From IMG/VR virus record IMGVR_UViG_3300017719_000005: a DNA stretch of 64,000 nt. One strand, written 5' to 3'. Position numbers and translations under genes: made by a program. Origin of the DNA: an uncultured virus (IMG/VR IMGVR_UViG_3300017719_000005). Taxonomy: Duplodnaviria; Heunggongvirae; Uroviricota; Caudoviricetes; Kyanoviridae. Shown here piece by piece: positions 27,289-36,467 of this stretch. How positions within the stretch are numbered: position 1 is the stretch's first letter; every line of letters begins with the position of its first letter. The notes beneath the pieces were generated by a model that was not told the origin of the DNA, did no database searches, and worked only from the letters and a program-made list of their open reading frames with translations.

Positions 27289-27455
27289 GGTCGTCTGAGT
27301 GTCTTCAAATATGATAGCACATCCTCACGGATCCACAACAGTTCGTGGTAACATTTCTGGGAATGAGCACATGCTCTCAGTTTGGGATCAGGTTCTAGCA
27401 CACTCTCTATGAAAATGTCAAGTCCCCTATTCCATTTGTCGTCCTGTGTCTCCAT
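27285..27455 (-). CDS. Small hypothetical protein (56 aa)
   Basis: Manual translation METQDDKWNRGLDIFIESV...; AGGAG RBS. Confidence 0.65.
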   Translation of the reverse strand: METQDDKWNRGLDIFIESVLEPDPKLRACAHSQKCYHELLWIREDVLSYLKTLRRP

Positions 27456-27463
27456 GTAACTCC

Positions 27464-28087
27464 TTAGATAAAATTAAACCAACCTGTAATAATCATCTTC
27501 TCACTATCGTTAGAGACTCTACCACGATGGTGGAATGTCCAATCTGCTGGCCAGATCACAGTGTATCCACGCTGCGCTGGGACATACTTCTGCTGATAAT
27601 ACCATTCGGTACCACCATCAGGGACATCATTGAGGTAAGTCATGAAGACTAGGTGTCGATAGACGGATCCAGGCAGGGCATTAGACCTTTCGGTATGCCA
27701 CTGCTTGAATCCACCACCTTTAGGATACCACTGCATAGACAGTGGCTCCTTTACTTGGAATCGTGAGGTCTCACAGAAAGGAAACCTCTCCAAGTATTGA
27801 TTGAGCACGTCTTGAAGTGCGTGCATATAGTTTTGCACCTGAGGACAGGACAGTTGATAAGGGACATGTAGATCGAGAGAGTCTTTATACTCCTTATCCA
27901 CCGTCACATCTCCTTGTCTAAGGACCTGACCCTCATGAAAATTCAAGACGTTTTGATTATGCCAGAAATCTTCAAGTCCCGTCACAACGGATTCATCAAT
28001 AAAATTACCCCAGATGAAGTCATTACACTCATCATTAAGTGGGGTGCAGACGTTACCTTTATAAATTGTGATTTCTTCTTTAAGCAT
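27464..28087 (-). CDS. 2OG-Fe(II) oxygenase
   Basis: WHTE, MTYLNDV..GGT, WTFHHRG, KMIITGW. Confidence 0.9.
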   Translation of the reverse strand: MLKEEITIYKGNVCTPLNDECNDFIWGNFIDESVVTGLEDFWHNQNVLNFHEGQVLRQGDVTVDKEYKDSLDLHVPYQLSCPQVQNYMHALQDVLNQYLERFPFCETSRFQVKEPLSMQWYPKGGGFKQWHTERSNALPGSVYRHLVFMTYLNDVPDGGTEWYYQQKYVPAQRGYTVIWPADWTFHHRGRVSNDSEKMIITGWFNFI

Positions 28088-28110
28088 AAGTATCCCGACC
28101 AGGGTAAAGT

Positions 28111-28335
28111 TTAGGTCATTTCCAGGACGCCATCGGCAATCATGTTATCAATGAGAATCGTATAGTCCTCCTCAACATCCAGTCCCCAAAAGTGGACGTG
28201 ACGTGCGCTCTTGTCACTGTAAAAGCGACAGAGTGCTGAGAAGAGGGGAGGATACTCTGTGTCAAGGGCAATGTTACCATTGACAGTCTCCTTCAGAATT
28301 TGCATAGAATCTGCAAAGCGATCTCTAACAGTCAT
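28111..28335 (-). CDS. Hypothetical protein
   Basis: AGGAG RBS; ORF track. Confidence 0.65.
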   Translation of the reverse strand: MTVRDRFADSMQILKETVNGNIALDTEYPPLFSALCRFYSDKSARHVHFWGLDVEEDYTILIDNMIADGVLEMT

Positions 28336-28379
28336 GACTGACTCCTATTCGGTTTTCCAACATGCACCCTAGGGTGCAA

Positions 28380-28453
28380 CGATCCAGGATGGATTCGAAC
28401 CATCGACCGACTGCTTAGAAGGCAGTTGCTCTATTCCACTGAGCTACTGGACC
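28380..28453 (-). tRNA. tRNA-Arg (anticodon UCU)
   Basis: GGTCCAG-TAGCTCAGTGGAATAGAGCA-ACTGC-CTTCTAA-GCAGT...GGTTCGAATCC...CTGGATCG cloverleaf; CCA not encoded. Confidence 0.95.
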
Positions 28454-29044
28454 TTAAGCATTTACACGAACGATTGGGTCACCCTCCCACATAGTCCTCT
28501 TAACCTTGTCAACTTTGCCTCGTAGGTTAAACGAAACGATGGTGCGTGGTCTGTCTGACTCATTGGGTAGTGCCTCATGTGCAATGGTTGCTGGAAAAAT
28601 AACCATGTCACCTTCTTTAACAGGTGGGACGAAGGACTGTAACCTACCGCTCCAAGGATTATTGAAAGGTGAAATGAATTGCGTGGCTTGATGGAGTTGT
28701 GGATCAAAGTCCACATACATTACTGCTGACCATCCACTGTGTCCATGATTGTGTAGACCGTGCTTCTGACCTTTGTATGATGTTTGACACCACATGTCAG
28801 TAAACTCGGTGCGTCTACGCTCAGTAAACTCAGCAATGTATGGCTCGATAATATCAATTACCGTATCAGCGTAAGGTGGCAACTCCCATTCTGCCTGATG
28901 AAAGAAGTCTGTGTATTGCTCACCATTAGAATCTAAATGCTCTTGCCCAAAGATAGGCAGAGCACTCATGATCTTTTCTTTATTCTGTTTCCAATTCTGT
29001 ATTTCATAGTGTGCAATCGGAATTGAGAATAAAGAATGAATCAT
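28454..29044 (-). CDS. 2OG-Fe(II) oxygenase-like (TIGR02466-type)
   Basis: HNH, SAVMY, IFPA...H, R.IVSFN. Confidence 0.85.
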   Translation of the reverse strand: MIHSLFSIPIAHYEIQNWKQNKEKIMSALPIFGQEHLDSNGEQYTDFFHQAEWELPPYADTVIDIIEPYIAEFTERRRTEFTDMWCQTSYKGQKHGLHNHGHSGWSAVMYVDFDPQLHQATQFISPFNNPWSGRLQSFVPPVKEGDMVIFPATIAHEALPNESDRPRTIVSFNLRGKVDKVKRTMWEGDPIVRVNA

Positions 29045-29193
29045 TTAGATGCTTCAGAGTATTGTTTGATCTTGTCTGCAAGGACTTCACCTCGTAGGAG
29101 ATCTCCTGCTGCTAAGGCTTCATGTAGTTGGTCTACTAGAAATTCGATTGTGTAATTAATCTCATCAATCTCCTCAAGAAATTGATTTTCCAT
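29041..29193 (-). CDS. Small acidic hypothetical protein (50 aa)
   Basis: Manual translation MENQFLEEIDEINY... Confidence 0.55.
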   Translation of the reverse strand: MENQFLEEIDEINYTIEFLVDQLHEALAAGDLLRGEVLADKIKQYSEASK

Positions 29194-29223
29194 GGTAGGT
29201 CTCCACTTCCCTTAACTTGCTAA

Positions 29224-29580
29224 TTATATATGCTCAATAGGTTGACTGTCAACCCCAAAGTGTTTGATAAACCATTCGGCATCCACTACCACGAGTGCTT
29301 GCTTCCTATTCTTTTTCATGAAGAGGATGGGTTCGTAATTTCCAGAGTTAGCACATGCCTGATCGTAAGCATCATACACATTCAACTTCTCTACATTTTT
29401 ACACTCGATACTAAAAGGAAATTTCTTCCTAGCATCTCGTGCCATGATGAGATCTTCTCCACCAGCACCCATGCTGCGAGACTCAATGTCTTCAGGGTGG
29501 ACATCCCTATGCTCAATGAGCATGTCTCTCACCCACTTCTGGAAGTTTCTACCCTTTGCTTTCGCACTCTGTGGTTTCAC
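29224..29580 (-). CDS. PD-(D/E)xK nuclease/resolvase-like protein
   Basis: SAKAKGR, GEDL, SIECK. Confidence 0.8.
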   Translation of the reverse strand: MKPQSAKAKGRNFQKWVRDMLIEHRDVHPEDIESRSMGAGGEDLIMARDARKKFPFSIECKNVEKLNVYDAYDQACANSGNYEPILFMKKNRKQALVVVDAEWFIKHFGVDSQPIEHI

Positions 29581-29747
29581 TTAGGTATCCTCTCATCAAG
29601 TGCTTCATGAATAATTTGCTTCAACTCAATACGTTCTTCTGCTGTAAAGATTGTCCTTACCTTGACAGGCATAGGTGCATAACTACTAGGTTTCTTTGAT
29701 TTGCCAGGGAGACTCATGCCCTGTGTGTCGATCTTATTCAATGACAT
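29577..29747 (-). CDS. Small hypothetical protein
   Basis: KIDTQGMS...ELKQIIHEALDE. Confidence 0.55.
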   Translation of the reverse strand: MSLNKIDTQGMSLPGKSKKPSSYAPMPVKVRTIFTAEERIELKQIIHEALDERIPK

Positions 29748-29952
29748 CTTCTTCAGTCTCCTTCTTGAATCCAAACGGCGAAACTTTATCTTCTTCTAGT
29801 CTCAACTTAAGTGCAACAGCACCCAGAGACTCCATTACTTTGAGGATGTCTTCGGTCTTAGCATCACCGCCTAACTCTTTAGCAACATACCAATACTTTT
29901 CCCAGAAAGTATCTCCTGCTTTCTTGTAATCATCTAACGTTAATAGTTTCAT
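29734..29952 (-). CDS. Hypothetical protein
   Basis: FWEKYWYVAKELG...EDILKVMES. Confidence 0.65.
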   Translation of the reverse strand: MKLLTLDDYKKAGDTFWEKYWYVAKELGGDAKTEDILKVMESLGAVALKLRLEEDKVSPFGFKKETEEDVIE

Positions 29953-29964
29953 ATAAAAGTATAA

Positions 29965-29989
29965 TAAAAAAGAGGGGTTACCCCCTCTT
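29965..29989 (-). terminator. Rho-independent terminator
   Basis: AAGAGGGG-gtaa-CCCCTCTT-TTTT. Confidence 0.8.
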
Positions 29990-29996
29990 ACTTAGG

Positions 29997-30164
29997 TCAC
30001 TTGCTGTAGGTCTTTCCACGGTAGCAGAAAGTCCCGTGAGACTCTTTGCTTTCCACACAACGTGTGTCATACTTTACACCGCGATATGTGGTGTGAGTAA
30101 TCTGTGCGTTATGCAAGGCAGATGCCTTGTGAATTTGCTTGCGAATGAGGTTAAGTGTGTTCAT
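29997..30164 (-). CDS. DUF4278-type small basic protein (55 aa)
   Basis: Manual translation MNTLNLIRKQIHKASALHNAQITHTTYRGVKY...FCYRGKTYSK; two YRG motifs; GGAG RBS. Confidence 0.75.
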   Translation of the reverse strand: MNTLNLIRKQIHKASALHNAQITHTTYRGVKYDTRCVESKESHGTFCYRGKTYSK

Positions 30165-30197
30165 GAGTTCGTCTCCGAAGTTAGGGTTTTTAATCCC

Positions 30198-30423
30198 CGT
30201 TCCTTCAATCGTGTGCGTCCCAATAACACTCAGGGACAGATTCCTTTACGGTCTCTATCAACTCTACCTTAAAAGCATGTGAGAGATCCTCATTTGCTTT
30301 CATTTTAAGCATGATTGTATCAGCTTGTTGGCAGGTGAGTGATGAATACAGAAGTAATTCAAACATGGGATCAACGCTCCGTTGCGCGACTTACTTGCGT
30401 CCCACCCAAGAGTGGGATGAACG
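30198..30423 (-). promoter_or_regulatory. Tandem glutamine-riboswitch-like (glnA/Downstream-peptide-type) element
   Basis: Two modules CGUU(C/G)AUCCCA...UGGGACGCA...GGA(G/A)CG upstream of a DUF4278-type ORF. Confidence 0.65.
30205..30366 (-). CDS. Small ORF (53 aa) nested in a riboswitch-like leader
   Basis: Manual translation MFELLLYSSLTCQQADTIMLKM...VPECYWDAHD. Confidence 0.6.
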   Translation of the reverse strand: MFELLLYSSLTCQQADTIMLKMKANEDLSHAFKVELIETVKESVPECYWDAHD

Positions 30424-30463
30424 TGTTGTCATGATAGCATGACATTACTATTTATGCAACCCC

Positions 30464-30661
30464 CTACTTCTTTCGTTTCTTTTTGCGACGATGGTAGGGA
30501 GTGTTACTAATGGGCTTGGTATTCTTTAAGTCCTTCTTGAGTTTCTTCAAGAAGGATAAGTGGTCCCTGATACCATGTATCGGGGTTTTCGGAATACCAG
30601 TCGATTGTGTCTCGTTTGTATACAGGGACCTCGCTTGTCTCTTCCAATTTCTTCTCGGCAT
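30464..30661 (-). CDS. Small basic hypothetical protein
   Basis: ORF track; competes with an overlapping frame, so uncertain. Confidence 0.35.
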   Translation of the reverse strand: MPRRNWKRQARSLYTNETQSTGIPKTPIHGIRDHLSFLKKLKKDLKNTKPISNTPYHRRKKKRKK

Positions 30662-30711
30662 CGTGATGTGTATCTGGATACACCTTGGGTATCCGTATCC
30701 ATGTTGTAATT

Positions 30712-31872
30712 TTATAGCTTAAACCCGCTAAAAGTTTCCGCACTAACATCCTGCTTGATTCCCCCAACGACATAGGATTCAATCTCAGTTTCCTGAGGGG
30801 CATTTTGTTGACCCTTGCTATTTAGCCAGTGCTCTGTCCAAGGCAGAGGATTGTTTTTAGCAGGGATATCGAAGGCGGGTGCTAGTCCGATTGCTTTCAT
30901 ACGACGATTAGCAATCCATTCCACGTATTGAGAAAGCAGACGCTCGTTAAGACCGATCATACTACCATTCTCAAACAAATATTTTGCCCACTCTTTCTCT
31001 TGGGCAACTGCGTCAAGGAACATCTGACGCACTGTCTCTTCCTCTTCCTGAATGATCTGCTGCATCTCAGGATCGTCACCCTTCTTCCACTTGTAGAGGA
31101 TCTTCTGGGTCAATGCGAGGTGCTGTGACTCGTCCCTGGCAATAAGGGAGATAATTTTTGCAGAACCTTCCATGAGTTTAAGTTCACCAAAAGCAAAGCT
31201 GCAAGCAAAAGAAACATAAAACCGAATTCCTTCAAGGATATTGACATTAGCAATCGCCAGATAGAGTTTACGCTTGACATCTCTGATAGTCCACTGTGAA
31301 GTAGGAGAGTCTTTCCAACCTTCCTTCCACATGTTACTGAGTGACCACTCAGTTGCTACCTCAATGAAGTCATTGTATGCTTTGCATACTGCTGTAGCAC
31401 GGTCAAGGATCTTCTCATTATCTAATACTGCATCGAAGACTTCTGATGGGTCTGCGTATACGTTCTTGATGATATGAGTATAGGAGCGAGAGTGAATCTG
31501 CTCCATGAATTCCCATACTCCCATGCATCCTTCCAACTCTGGAAGACTACAGTAAGGTGAGAATGCCATGCCAGGACCACGCCCTTGCACAGAGTCCAGA
31601 AGGATCTGATACTTGAGGTTGCTGGTGTAGATATGTTTTTGTTGCTCATTCAGTGTCTTGTAATCGGCACGGTCCTTCTGTAGAGATACCTCTTCAGGTC
31701 TCCAGAAGTAACCGAGTTGTGTCTGTGTTAGTTTGTCGAAGTCAGGATACTTATATTCATCGTATCGTTGCATCCCCAAGGGAGCTCCGAAAAACATTGG
31801 TTGTTTTTTGGTGTCTACTTTCTTGTCGTTGAAAACAGTCAGTCCCATTTTGGCTCCCTTGGATTCTTGCAT
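30712..31872 (-). CDS. nrdB: Ribonucleotide reductase class Ia beta subunit
   Basis: FWRPEEV, EQIHSRSY, EGIRFYVSF, RDESQH; start may be MGLTVF at 31848. Confidence 0.97.
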   Translation of the reverse strand: MQESKGAKMGLTVFNDKKVDTKKQPMFFGAPLGMQRYDEYKYPDFDKLTQTQLGYFWRPEEVSLQKDRADYKTLNEQQKHIYTSNLKYQILLDSVQGRGPGMAFSPYCSLPELEGCMGVWEFMEQIHSRSYTHIIKNVYADPSEVFDAVLDNEKILDRATAVCKAYNDFIEVATEWSLSNMWKEGWKDSPTSQWTIRDVKRKLYLAIANVNILEGIRFYVSFACSFAFGELKLMEGSAKIISLIARDESQHLALTQKILYKWKKGDDPEMQQIIQEEEETVRQMFLDAVAQEKEWAKYLFENGSMIGLNERLLSQYVEWIANRRMKAIGLAPAFDIPAKNNPLPWTEHWLNSKGQQNAPQETEIESYVVGGIKQDVSAETFSGFKL

Positions 31873-32006
31873 GTACCGTAGTTGTGAATATAATTTAGGA
31901 ATGCATTGATCCTTGGAGCAAAGTCCAGGGAGTCACAGCAGTCAAGATAGGACTCAAATTCTTCTTGTAAGTCCTTGCTGAGTGTGATAGTAATGTCCTT
32001 AGACAT
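31839..32006 (-). CDS. Small hypothetical protein between nrdA and nrdB
   Basis: MSKDITITLSK...; overlaps both neighbours. Confidence 0.5.
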   Translation of the reverse strand: MSKDITITLSKDLQEEFESYLDCCDSLDFAPRINAFLNYIHNYGTCKNPREPKWD

Positions 32007-34320
32007 TGCAGGCATCGCATTCAGACTCATCGCCTGCATCAATCTCCGCTAAGAGATTGTCTAGTTTGGAAGCAGTCTCATCAACCCATCCAATTGAATG
32101 AGCAGGCTCGTCTACATCTTTTTTGGCATCGTATGTATTTTGATAGTAAGAAGTTTTCCAACCATACTTGTAGGTCATTAGTAGGTCTTGTGCCATAACG
32201 GATACAGGCACTTCATTATTTTCAAATTTCTCTGGGTTATAAGACCAGTTGCCTGAGATGGCTTGGTCAAAGAATTTCTGCATGACTGCAACAATCTCAA
32301 CGTATCCTTTGTTGGATTGCATTTCCCATAGGAGAGTATAGTTATTCTTCAGTGTATTGAATTGAAGAACAATCTGCTTAAGAGGTCCCTTCTTGGACTT
32401 TTTAATGGACAAGTAGTCTCTAGGTGGCTCAATTCCATTTGTTGCGTTTGACACAACGGAACTGCTTTCCGATGGCATTTGTGCGGACAGAGTGCTGTGC
32501 CTGAGTCCGTATTCATCGATAGATTGCCTAAGAGAATCCCAATCATAGTTGTATTCTGGTGCTACTAAGTCATCGACATCCTTCTTATATGTATCTAATG
32601 GTAGAAGTCCATCAGAGTACTTGGTGCGGTGGAATGCTTCGCATGGACCACGCTCTTGAGCGAGTCTATTAGATGCTCTCAGCAGGTAGTATTGGAATGC
32701 TTCAGTCAACTCATGGACGAGTCTCAATGCACCTTTGTCATCGTAATGCTCACCGTTCTTAGCAAGGTAGTGTGCTAGTCCGATGTATCCAATACCCAGA
32801 GAGCGACGTGCCAACGTGCTACGCTCAGCAGCAGCGACTGGATACTCCTGGTAGTCAATCAACTCCTCCAGACCCCTCACAGAGAGGTCACAGAGGTCTT
32901 CCATCTCATCTAGGGACTTCAGTTTACCCACGTTGATAGCAGAGAGAATACACAGAGCAATCTCACCACCACGATCATCAATGTGATTGATAGGATCAGT
33001 AGGTAGAGTGATCTCCTGACAGAGGTTACTCATATTCACCTTGTCCTTGAAGGAGGAGTGAGTATTACAGTGGTCGATATTCATGATGTAAATACGACCT
33101 GTCTCTGCTCGCTCCTTTAGTAGATCAAGGAAGAGTTGCTGGGCAGAGATGGTGAGTCTAGGGACCGACTGATCCCCTTCGTAACCAAGATACATAGCGT
33201 CAAACTCATCAGTCCCGTAAGCGTCATACAACCCAGGGACATCATGAGGACTGAAAAGCGCCATCTCTCCGTTTCCGATGAATCTTTCATAAAATAGTTT
33301 ACTAATTTGGATAGAATAGTCAAGTTTCCTTACTCGGTTGTCTTCTGTGCCTTTGTTGTTTTTGAGGACGATGATGTCTTCGATCTCTCTGTGCCAGATG
33401 GGGAAGTGGACAGTTGCGCTTCCACCTCGGACGCCATTTTGAGTACAGCATCTGACAGTGCTCTCAAACTTCTTGAGGAAAGGGATAACACCTGTGTGTT
33501 GAACTTCTCCCCCTCTGATTTTAGCGTTGATGCCACGGATTCTGCCTGCGTTGATGCCAATCCCCGCCCTTTGAGCAACGTAGTAACCAATAGCCATGTC
33601 ACTGCTAAAAATGCTATCGAGGGTGTCATCAGCATCAACAAGAACACAGCTAGCAAATTGTCGTAGAGGGGTCCTGACCCCTGCCATGATGGGGGTTGGG
33701 ATGTTGATCCTGTGCTTTGAGATCGCGTTGTAGTATCGTCTGACATAATCGAGTCTTGTCTCTTGTGGATAGGTTTGGAAGAGAGTTGCTGCAATCATGA
33801 TGTACATCTGCTGGGGTGTCTCATACACCTCCCCAGACGATCGATCCTGCACGAGATATTTATCAACGACCTGCCTTAGACCAGCATATGTAAACAAATA
33901 GTCACGGTCGTGGTCAATGAATGATTCAATCTGATCCCACTCATCATCACTATATGTTGTAAGGATACTTTTATCATAGACACCACGATGAACGCAGTCC
34001 CATACATGCTCCTGAATATGAGGACGCAAGTCTGGGTGTCCATTATATACTTGCTTGCGAAGACCAAACAGAAGCAGACGTGCTGCTACAAACTGATAGT
34101 TTGGTGCATCTAATGTAATCAAATCATTAGCAGAGCGCACAAGAATCTCTTGGATGTCACTGGTTTTGATGCCATCAAATAGTTGCAGGTTAGCATTCAT
34201 TTCGATTGCCGACTCTGACACACCAGCAAGTCCTCTGCAAGCGTGCTCTACCATTTCATGGATTTTACTTAGGTGGATCTCTTCCACCTGTCCGTTGCGT
34301 TTGACAACTGTGTTGCTCAT
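31999..34320 (-). CDS. nrdA: Ribonucleotide reductase class Ia alpha subunit
   Basis: ATP cone VVKRNG, SNLCQEI, C-terminal CDAC. Confidence 0.98.
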   Translation of the reverse strand: MSNTVVKRNGQVEEIHLSKIHEMVEHACRGLAGVSESAIEMNANLQLFDGIKTSDIQEILVRSANDLITLDAPNYQFVAARLLLFGLRKQVYNGHPDLRPHIQEHVWDCVHRGVYDKSILTTYSDDEWDQIESFIDHDRDYLFTYAGLRQVVDKYLVQDRSSGEVYETPQQMYIMIAATLFQTYPQETRLDYVRRYYNAISKHRINIPTPIMAGVRTPLRQFASCVLVDADDTLDSIFSSDMAIGYYVAQRAGIGINAGRIRGINAKIRGGEVQHTGVIPFLKKFESTVRCCTQNGVRGGSATVHFPIWHREIEDIIVLKNNKGTEDNRVRKLDYSIQISKLFYERFIGNGEMALFSPHDVPGLYDAYGTDEFDAMYLGYEGDQSVPRLTISAQQLFLDLLKERAETGRIYIMNIDHCNTHSSFKDKVNMSNLCQEITLPTDPINHIDDRGGEIALCILSAINVGKLKSLDEMEDLCDLSVRGLEELIDYQEYPVAAAERSTLARRSLGIGYIGLAHYLAKNGEHYDDKGALRLVHELTEAFQYYLLRASNRLAQERGPCEAFHRTKYSDGLLPLDTYKKDVDDLVAPEYNYDWDSLRQSIDEYGLRHSTLSAQMPSESSSVVSNATNGIEPPRDYLSIKKSKKGPLKQIVLQFNTLKNNYTLLWEMQSNKGYVEIVAVMQKFFDQAISGNWSYNPEKFENNEVPVSVMAQDLLMTYKYGWKTSYYQNTYDAKKDVDEPAHSIGWVDETASKLDNLLAEIDAGDESECDACNV

Positions 34321-35309
34321 ACCTTTTTCCAATCTGTAAGTTGTACCTTTGCTTTTAATCCTGAAAAGGTGTTGCTCTTTATTATAGCAGCAGGGTCAAG
34401 TCCTGCCAACACCATGTCATTAATATCTTTTTCTTTTACTGACTTCGGCCAGATGACTACTGCTTCGCCGCTTCCAATTGCCGCATCAATCCTAGACACG
34501 ATCTGTCTGTTTCTAGGCTCGTTGTCGAAGACCCAGACCCTATGTGTATAAGGAAGAGTGCGGTGGTCAACATCGCTGCCACACATAGCAACAGATTGCT
34601 TAATGAAAGTACTATCGAAGGGTCCTTCTGTGACATACACTGTCTCCTCTGGGTTTACTTGGTCTTGTCCGAATAGTTTGAGTTGATTCTCAAACATCAC
34701 GGTGATGTATCGTAGCGTAGAAGTTGCTGCCATAGATCTACCCTGAATGCCAAACCAATTACCGTCCTTGTCAATGAGAGGGATAATAATTCTAGGTCTG
34801 TCATTCTGAAGATTGTCAAATGTCTGGCGTTGCGTATTAACCCACCTCTTAAACTTGTCAACATAGAAGAATCTACCCAGTTGATCTTCTGGGATTCTTC
34901 TATCAAGAAGATACTTCTTGGCGGGGTGCGTTGTATTTAGCTCGCTGATCGGAGTGAGATCTGTCACTTTGTTAGCAAACTTTGGCTTTGCACCTTTGTA
35001 TTCAGGAGCAGGTGTGTGCCTACCTTTACCAGTCATCCCCTGCTTATATTTCTCCATGACGAACTCACCATGAAGGTCAGCAGCATTGTCCTTTAGAAAA
35101 TTAGACAGCGATCTACCCATGCCACAGTTGTGACACTTGAAGATGTATTCAGTCTTCTTCAGAAAAAAATACCCCCGTGCCTTATTCTTATGCTTCTGTG
35201 AATCACCACAGTAAGGGCAGCGGAAGTTATATAGTCCTGATTTGACGTGTTTGTATTTCTCTAGCCTGGTGCTGAGAAGTCGGATGTATTTGTCATCGAC
35301 GTAATCCAT
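34317..35309 (-). CDS. gp61: DNA primase gp61
   Basis: CPYCGDS...CHNC zinc finger; EGPFDS; DNEPRN. Confidence 0.96.
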   Translation of the reverse strand: MDYVDDKYIRLLSTRLEKYKHVKSGLYNFRCPYCGDSQKHKNKARGYFFLKKTEYIFKCHNCGMGRSLSNFLKDNAADLHGEFVMEKYKQGMTGKGRHTPAPEYKGAKPKFANKVTDLTPISELNTTHPAKKYLLDRRIPEDQLGRFFYVDKFKRWVNTQRQTFDNLQNDRPRIIIPLIDKDGNWFGIQGRSMAATSTLRYITVMFENQLKLFGQDQVNPEETVYVTEGPFDSTFIKQSVAMCGSDVDHRTLPYTHRVWVFDNEPRNRQIVSRIDAAIGSGEAVVIWPKSVKEKDINDMVLAGLDPAAIIKSNTFSGLKAKVQLTDWKKV

Positions 35310-35692
35310 GCAGAGCGGTCCATTGCATCCACCATAGCAGATGGATCGCCAGGTGTCAATGACCTAAGCAATGCTTGACCTGGGACACTGACGAGGAAAG
35401 AGATCACAGCAAGACCACCGAAGATGGTCCACATCTTTTTCTCCATCATCCTGAGTCTATCATCCACCAAACGAATGTCTCTCTCACAACCTTTCTTGAT
35501 TGTGTCTGTCTCTTTATTCAGATCTGCATGAAGTCTATCTACTTTTTCAAATAGAATACCGTCAACTTCACTCTGTGTAGATAGTTTTTCGTTATGTACT
35601 GCAAGTAGTTGACCCATCTTTACAGAATTATCCTGTAATGAATCAACTACCTTTTCTAATCTTTCTAGAATCGCTGAGTTAATGTCGGCCAT
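35261..35692 (-). CDS. Coiled-coil protein with C-terminal TM helix (holin-like?)
   Basis: LAVHNEKL, TM segment near the C-terminus. Confidence 0.6.
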   Translation of the reverse strand: MADINSAILERLEKVVDSLQDNSVKMGQLLAVHNEKLSTQSEVDGILFEKVDRLHADLNKETDTIKKGCERDIRLVDDRLRMMEKKMWTIFGGLAVISFLVSVPGQALLRSLTPGDPSAMVDAMDRSAWITSMTNTSDFSAPG

Positions 35693-36081
35693 TATTCGGA
35701 TCTAAGTGCTGCTTGTCGTTTCTTCCAGTAAAACTGGATTACATCATTAGGATAAAGACGTTTAACATCCAACTTCTTAAAGTTTTCTGGGCGATAGATC
35801 TTACGAAGTTCTATCTTTAGTTGTGCTTCTGACTTACTATACAATACATACTGCTCTGCCCCATCATAGGAGATAAGGAATGGTAGGTATGAGGTATCTT
35901 TCTGTGCTCCTTCAGTCGCTAACATGTCGGACTGGGAAATAGTATAGCGACGACGCTTCTTAGGTTTCTTTTTCGACCCTCCTAGGAGAGGAGTGAAACC
36001 AGCATTGGGTCCAGTTGCATCAGCAGTGTTGCTGAAACCACCATCGCCTGCGCTCATTGTGGGTGCGTCTTCATTCATCAC
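35692..36081 (-). CDS. Hypothetical protein
   Basis: NEDAPTMSAG start, typical of T4-like late proteins. Confidence 0.65.
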   Translation of the reverse strand: MMNEDAPTMSAGDGGFSNTADATGPNAGFTPLLGGSKKKPKKRRRYTISQSDMLATEGAQKDTSYLPFLISYDGAEQYVLYSKSEAQLKIELRKIYRPENFKKLDVKRLYPNDVIQFYWKKRQAALRSE

Positions 36082-36449
36082 AGATCTTCTAGTAAGTCTT
36101 TTACGTCGTTATCGATATCAACAAGGTCAAGACATCCAGCAGGAACCTGTGGATATCTATTCAGATATACAAGAAAGGTCTTTATCAGGGACCAATATTC
36201 TCTCTCTAATTTATACATCAGTAGCGGGATCGTCCCGTCACTAAACACATTAAACAGAATGATAAGATGATTGAGTATCAGATTGACACGGAGGACACCC
36301 GTTTTCAAATACCTCTTGAGTAACCTCTTAAGGTATTTGAATTTCTTCATGTCCTCCATAAAATCATCTACGGTAACCGACTGTGGGTTATCATAATGCT
36401 GAATAGCAAACATTAAATAGTTTTTTTCACTAAGTTGATCAAAATGCAT
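36078..36449 (-). CDS. Conserved T4-like hypothetical protein
   Basis: FAIQHYDNP...FKYLKRL...LILNHLIILFNVF. Confidence 0.8.
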   Translation of the reverse strand: MHFDQLSEKNYLMFAIQHYDNPQSVTVDDFMEDMKKFKYLKRLLKRYLKTGVLRVNLILNHLIILFNVFSDGTIPLLMYKLEREYWSLIKTFLVYLNRYPQVPAGCLDLVDIDNDVKDLLEDL

Positions 36450-36467
36450 TATGTAAAAAGTCAGTTA

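Noticed and set aside
30507..30803. 98-aa minus-strand ORF overlapping the nrdB end
   Set aside because: The start lies inside nrdB and it competes with 30464-30661; I cannot tell which frame is real.
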